From NCBI GenBank assembly GCA_002633005.1, contig NMRA01000558.1:72441-136440 (forward strand): a stretch of DNA of 64,000 nt, in the 5' to 3' direction. Position 1 is the stretch's first letter; each line of letters begins with the position of its first letter. The notes below the pieces were generated by a model that was not told the DNA's origin, ran no database searches, and saw only the letters and a list, made by a program, of their open reading frames with translations. Positions 61,858 through 64,000 of the stretch are shown piece after piece. The position numbers were made by a program, and so were the translations under genes. The DNA is from Phoronis australis (lineage: Eukaryota > Animalia > Phoronida).

Positions 61858-64000
61858 ACTGATGACACTGAATGACTGATCGAAATGGTTGCGAAGATGC
61901 CGGTGATCACGCTATCTCGTAAACGACTCTCCAAACCAGGAAACTTCCACAAACTCCACAGGGGACTTTATCAGTCACAAGGTGGCGATGCCGTGCTTGA
62001 ACTTGGAATCCTGCTTCAATCTCAACTTAGAGATCGCCGCGTGCCACTTGGAATTGAACATGTATTTGGGCAATCAGGTGGAATTTTTGTTCAGAGTAAA
62101 GAATTTTTGTAGTTATTGGCCTTATAATCACTCACTTTCTCCTTTACCGTAACTTGTGTCAAAGAATCAATTATTGTAATGGATCGCCAATAGCTGAAAA
62201 AAGGATAAGTTGAACTTTTTTACGTTATTTTATTAAAATATACTTTGATTTAGTGCAGTGCAATTTTTATCCACGTGAACGTGATTATTTGAGCGAAATT
62301 GTCAAGTTTCCTCGTGTATTCCTAGTTCACGCACAGCAGCGAGACTTCTCATTCATCCACATTACAGTGTTCTGTCCGACAGGGCTTTTCCAGCCCCCGT
62401 GAGGCCGGTGCTGAACGTGCAATAACATCTGGCTCTTTTGTTAACTGCCCAGCTCAGTCTTTTGTCCTGTATGATAACAAGCAGGCCAATTATCTTCCAG
62501 GCTTCAAAGGAAACGTATGGTGATTGCACGCTATTTCCAAACGCGTATCAGTGACGGAAGTCAAACCCATATGTTGCGGCCTTGGTTAATCCCTTGGACA
62601 GAATAGATTCTCTAAACTTCAGTTGTGAGTTGGGCGATTTTGGTGATTCAAAAACGGAACATGATCAGCATTTGACGAGAAATTCAGAAATGCTATTGGT
62701 TTAAGCTCAAATATGTTATAACTTAACTTTCGTTTTTATCAGCCCAGCCCAGTCGAGGCTAGATACGATCTGATCGGAGATTAGAGCAATAATCGAACAA
62801 AAGAGCGTAGGCCCTCCAAACATAAATGCCAGAATGGAGTTATCAGTCGTGTAAGATATTGGTTACGAGGGTAAACATCCCAACTTGTTGATGGGCTTTA
62901 GAATCGAACAAGTTGGGAGCAATGTGTCGGGATGTCGCCGTCTTTATGGGTAGTATAAAGACTGTCTGCACCAAACAGAGTAACGCTCTACAGTAACAGC
63001 TCATGCAGCCCATGCGACCAAAAAAGTGAAATTGCATTAGAAAAAGCATTGGCCGACTGCCGACAGGGCGGCCTCTAGCTATAGTTGCACCCGCGGCCGG
63101 CGCACTCACCTAGCATGCCACATGAGCGGCTTCATCGTATTTCGCTAAAATTTCCTAATCCACCGACGAATGGTATTTCGTTTGTAAAATCTTCTTGGGG
63201 AATCGTTATAGTGAGGAATGAATTGTTCGCAGGAAACTTGTTAAATGTGGATCAAACTGACGCAGTGTACCGCCATGCGGCCGCATCATAACGCTTAATC
63301 GTCGTGAGAAACGGTCCGGAGTTGGTATGTGGTGCAACTCGGGACGGTCTGGGGTCTACAGAAAACAACAGTTCAACTGTGAGTCTACACCAATGTGATA
63401 AACGAGAGTAGTTCTACTTGCTGCGTCAGCTGCTGGTATGCTTATCTCTTTTATGACACACAATGTGCGACTGGGCAAAGCGTTTTCAAAATAATGTGGA
63501 TAAATCAGTGGAGTGTGAGACCCCTGAGGTCCCTGTCAAGTCCTCACGGCAATTTTACGTTATGTGGAAGCCAGCGCACGTCAGTGGAGCCGTGCCGACC
63601 GGGCAACGATCGAGTTAAATTGGGTCGGCGTCATCACTTCCGTCCGCCGGGCCTTCAACGCGAACCAAATTTGTTCTTACAAATTAACTTTCCAAACTGG
63701 ACGCTAATCAGCTGAATCACAATATCCGTCATCCTTCATTTTCTGTCTCCGAAACTAAACCAAACGGCCGGTGGGCGATCGAATTGGCCGTCGTCCACTC
63801 AATTACCTACACAGGAGGATTGTATTTTATTCAGTTTACTTTTACTAAAAGTAAAAACAACAGTACCAGGTGTAATGCGATCGAGTTACATTTTTATGCC
63901 AACTCAAAAGCGACCTTGACCATGATTTATACGTGGGCGGAGCACCACGGGGGGCTGAGGGCTCATAGCCACTTTTTTGAGGCTACGCCGCCGGCACATG

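Noticed and set aside
62100-64000. Divergent gene upstream of ACBP
   Set aside because: Promoter-like motifs (CACTTCCG, CCAAT) are present, but no exon or ORF with recognisable homology could be supported.

Overview
Eukaryotic, intron-rich, AT-rich animal genomic DNA. It looks like a marine invertebrate, but the taxon cannot be fixed from sequence alone. The main content is a head-to-tail array of four intact 9-exon genes on the + strand (10256-53231). Each encodes a secreted astacin (M12A) zinc metalloprotease with the architecture signal peptide, ~29-aa propeptide (largely on two micro-exons), astacin domain, ShK domain and a compact 6-Cys WSC-like domain. I reconstructed all exons by hand from GT-AG sites and frame continuity. 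Gene 2 appears to be a recombinant, with exons 1-7 like gene 3 and exons 8-9 (ShK+WSC) like gene 1. A 4-exon acyl-CoA-binding protein (ACBP/DBI) gene lies convergently on the - strand (55741-61857). The rest is intron/intergenic DNA with a Penelope-like retroelement relic, three degenerate THAP-domain relics, several MITE families (some with 5-bp TSDs), palindromes, microsatellites and one probable assembly-artefact duplication. Most ORFs in the supplied track are spurious.
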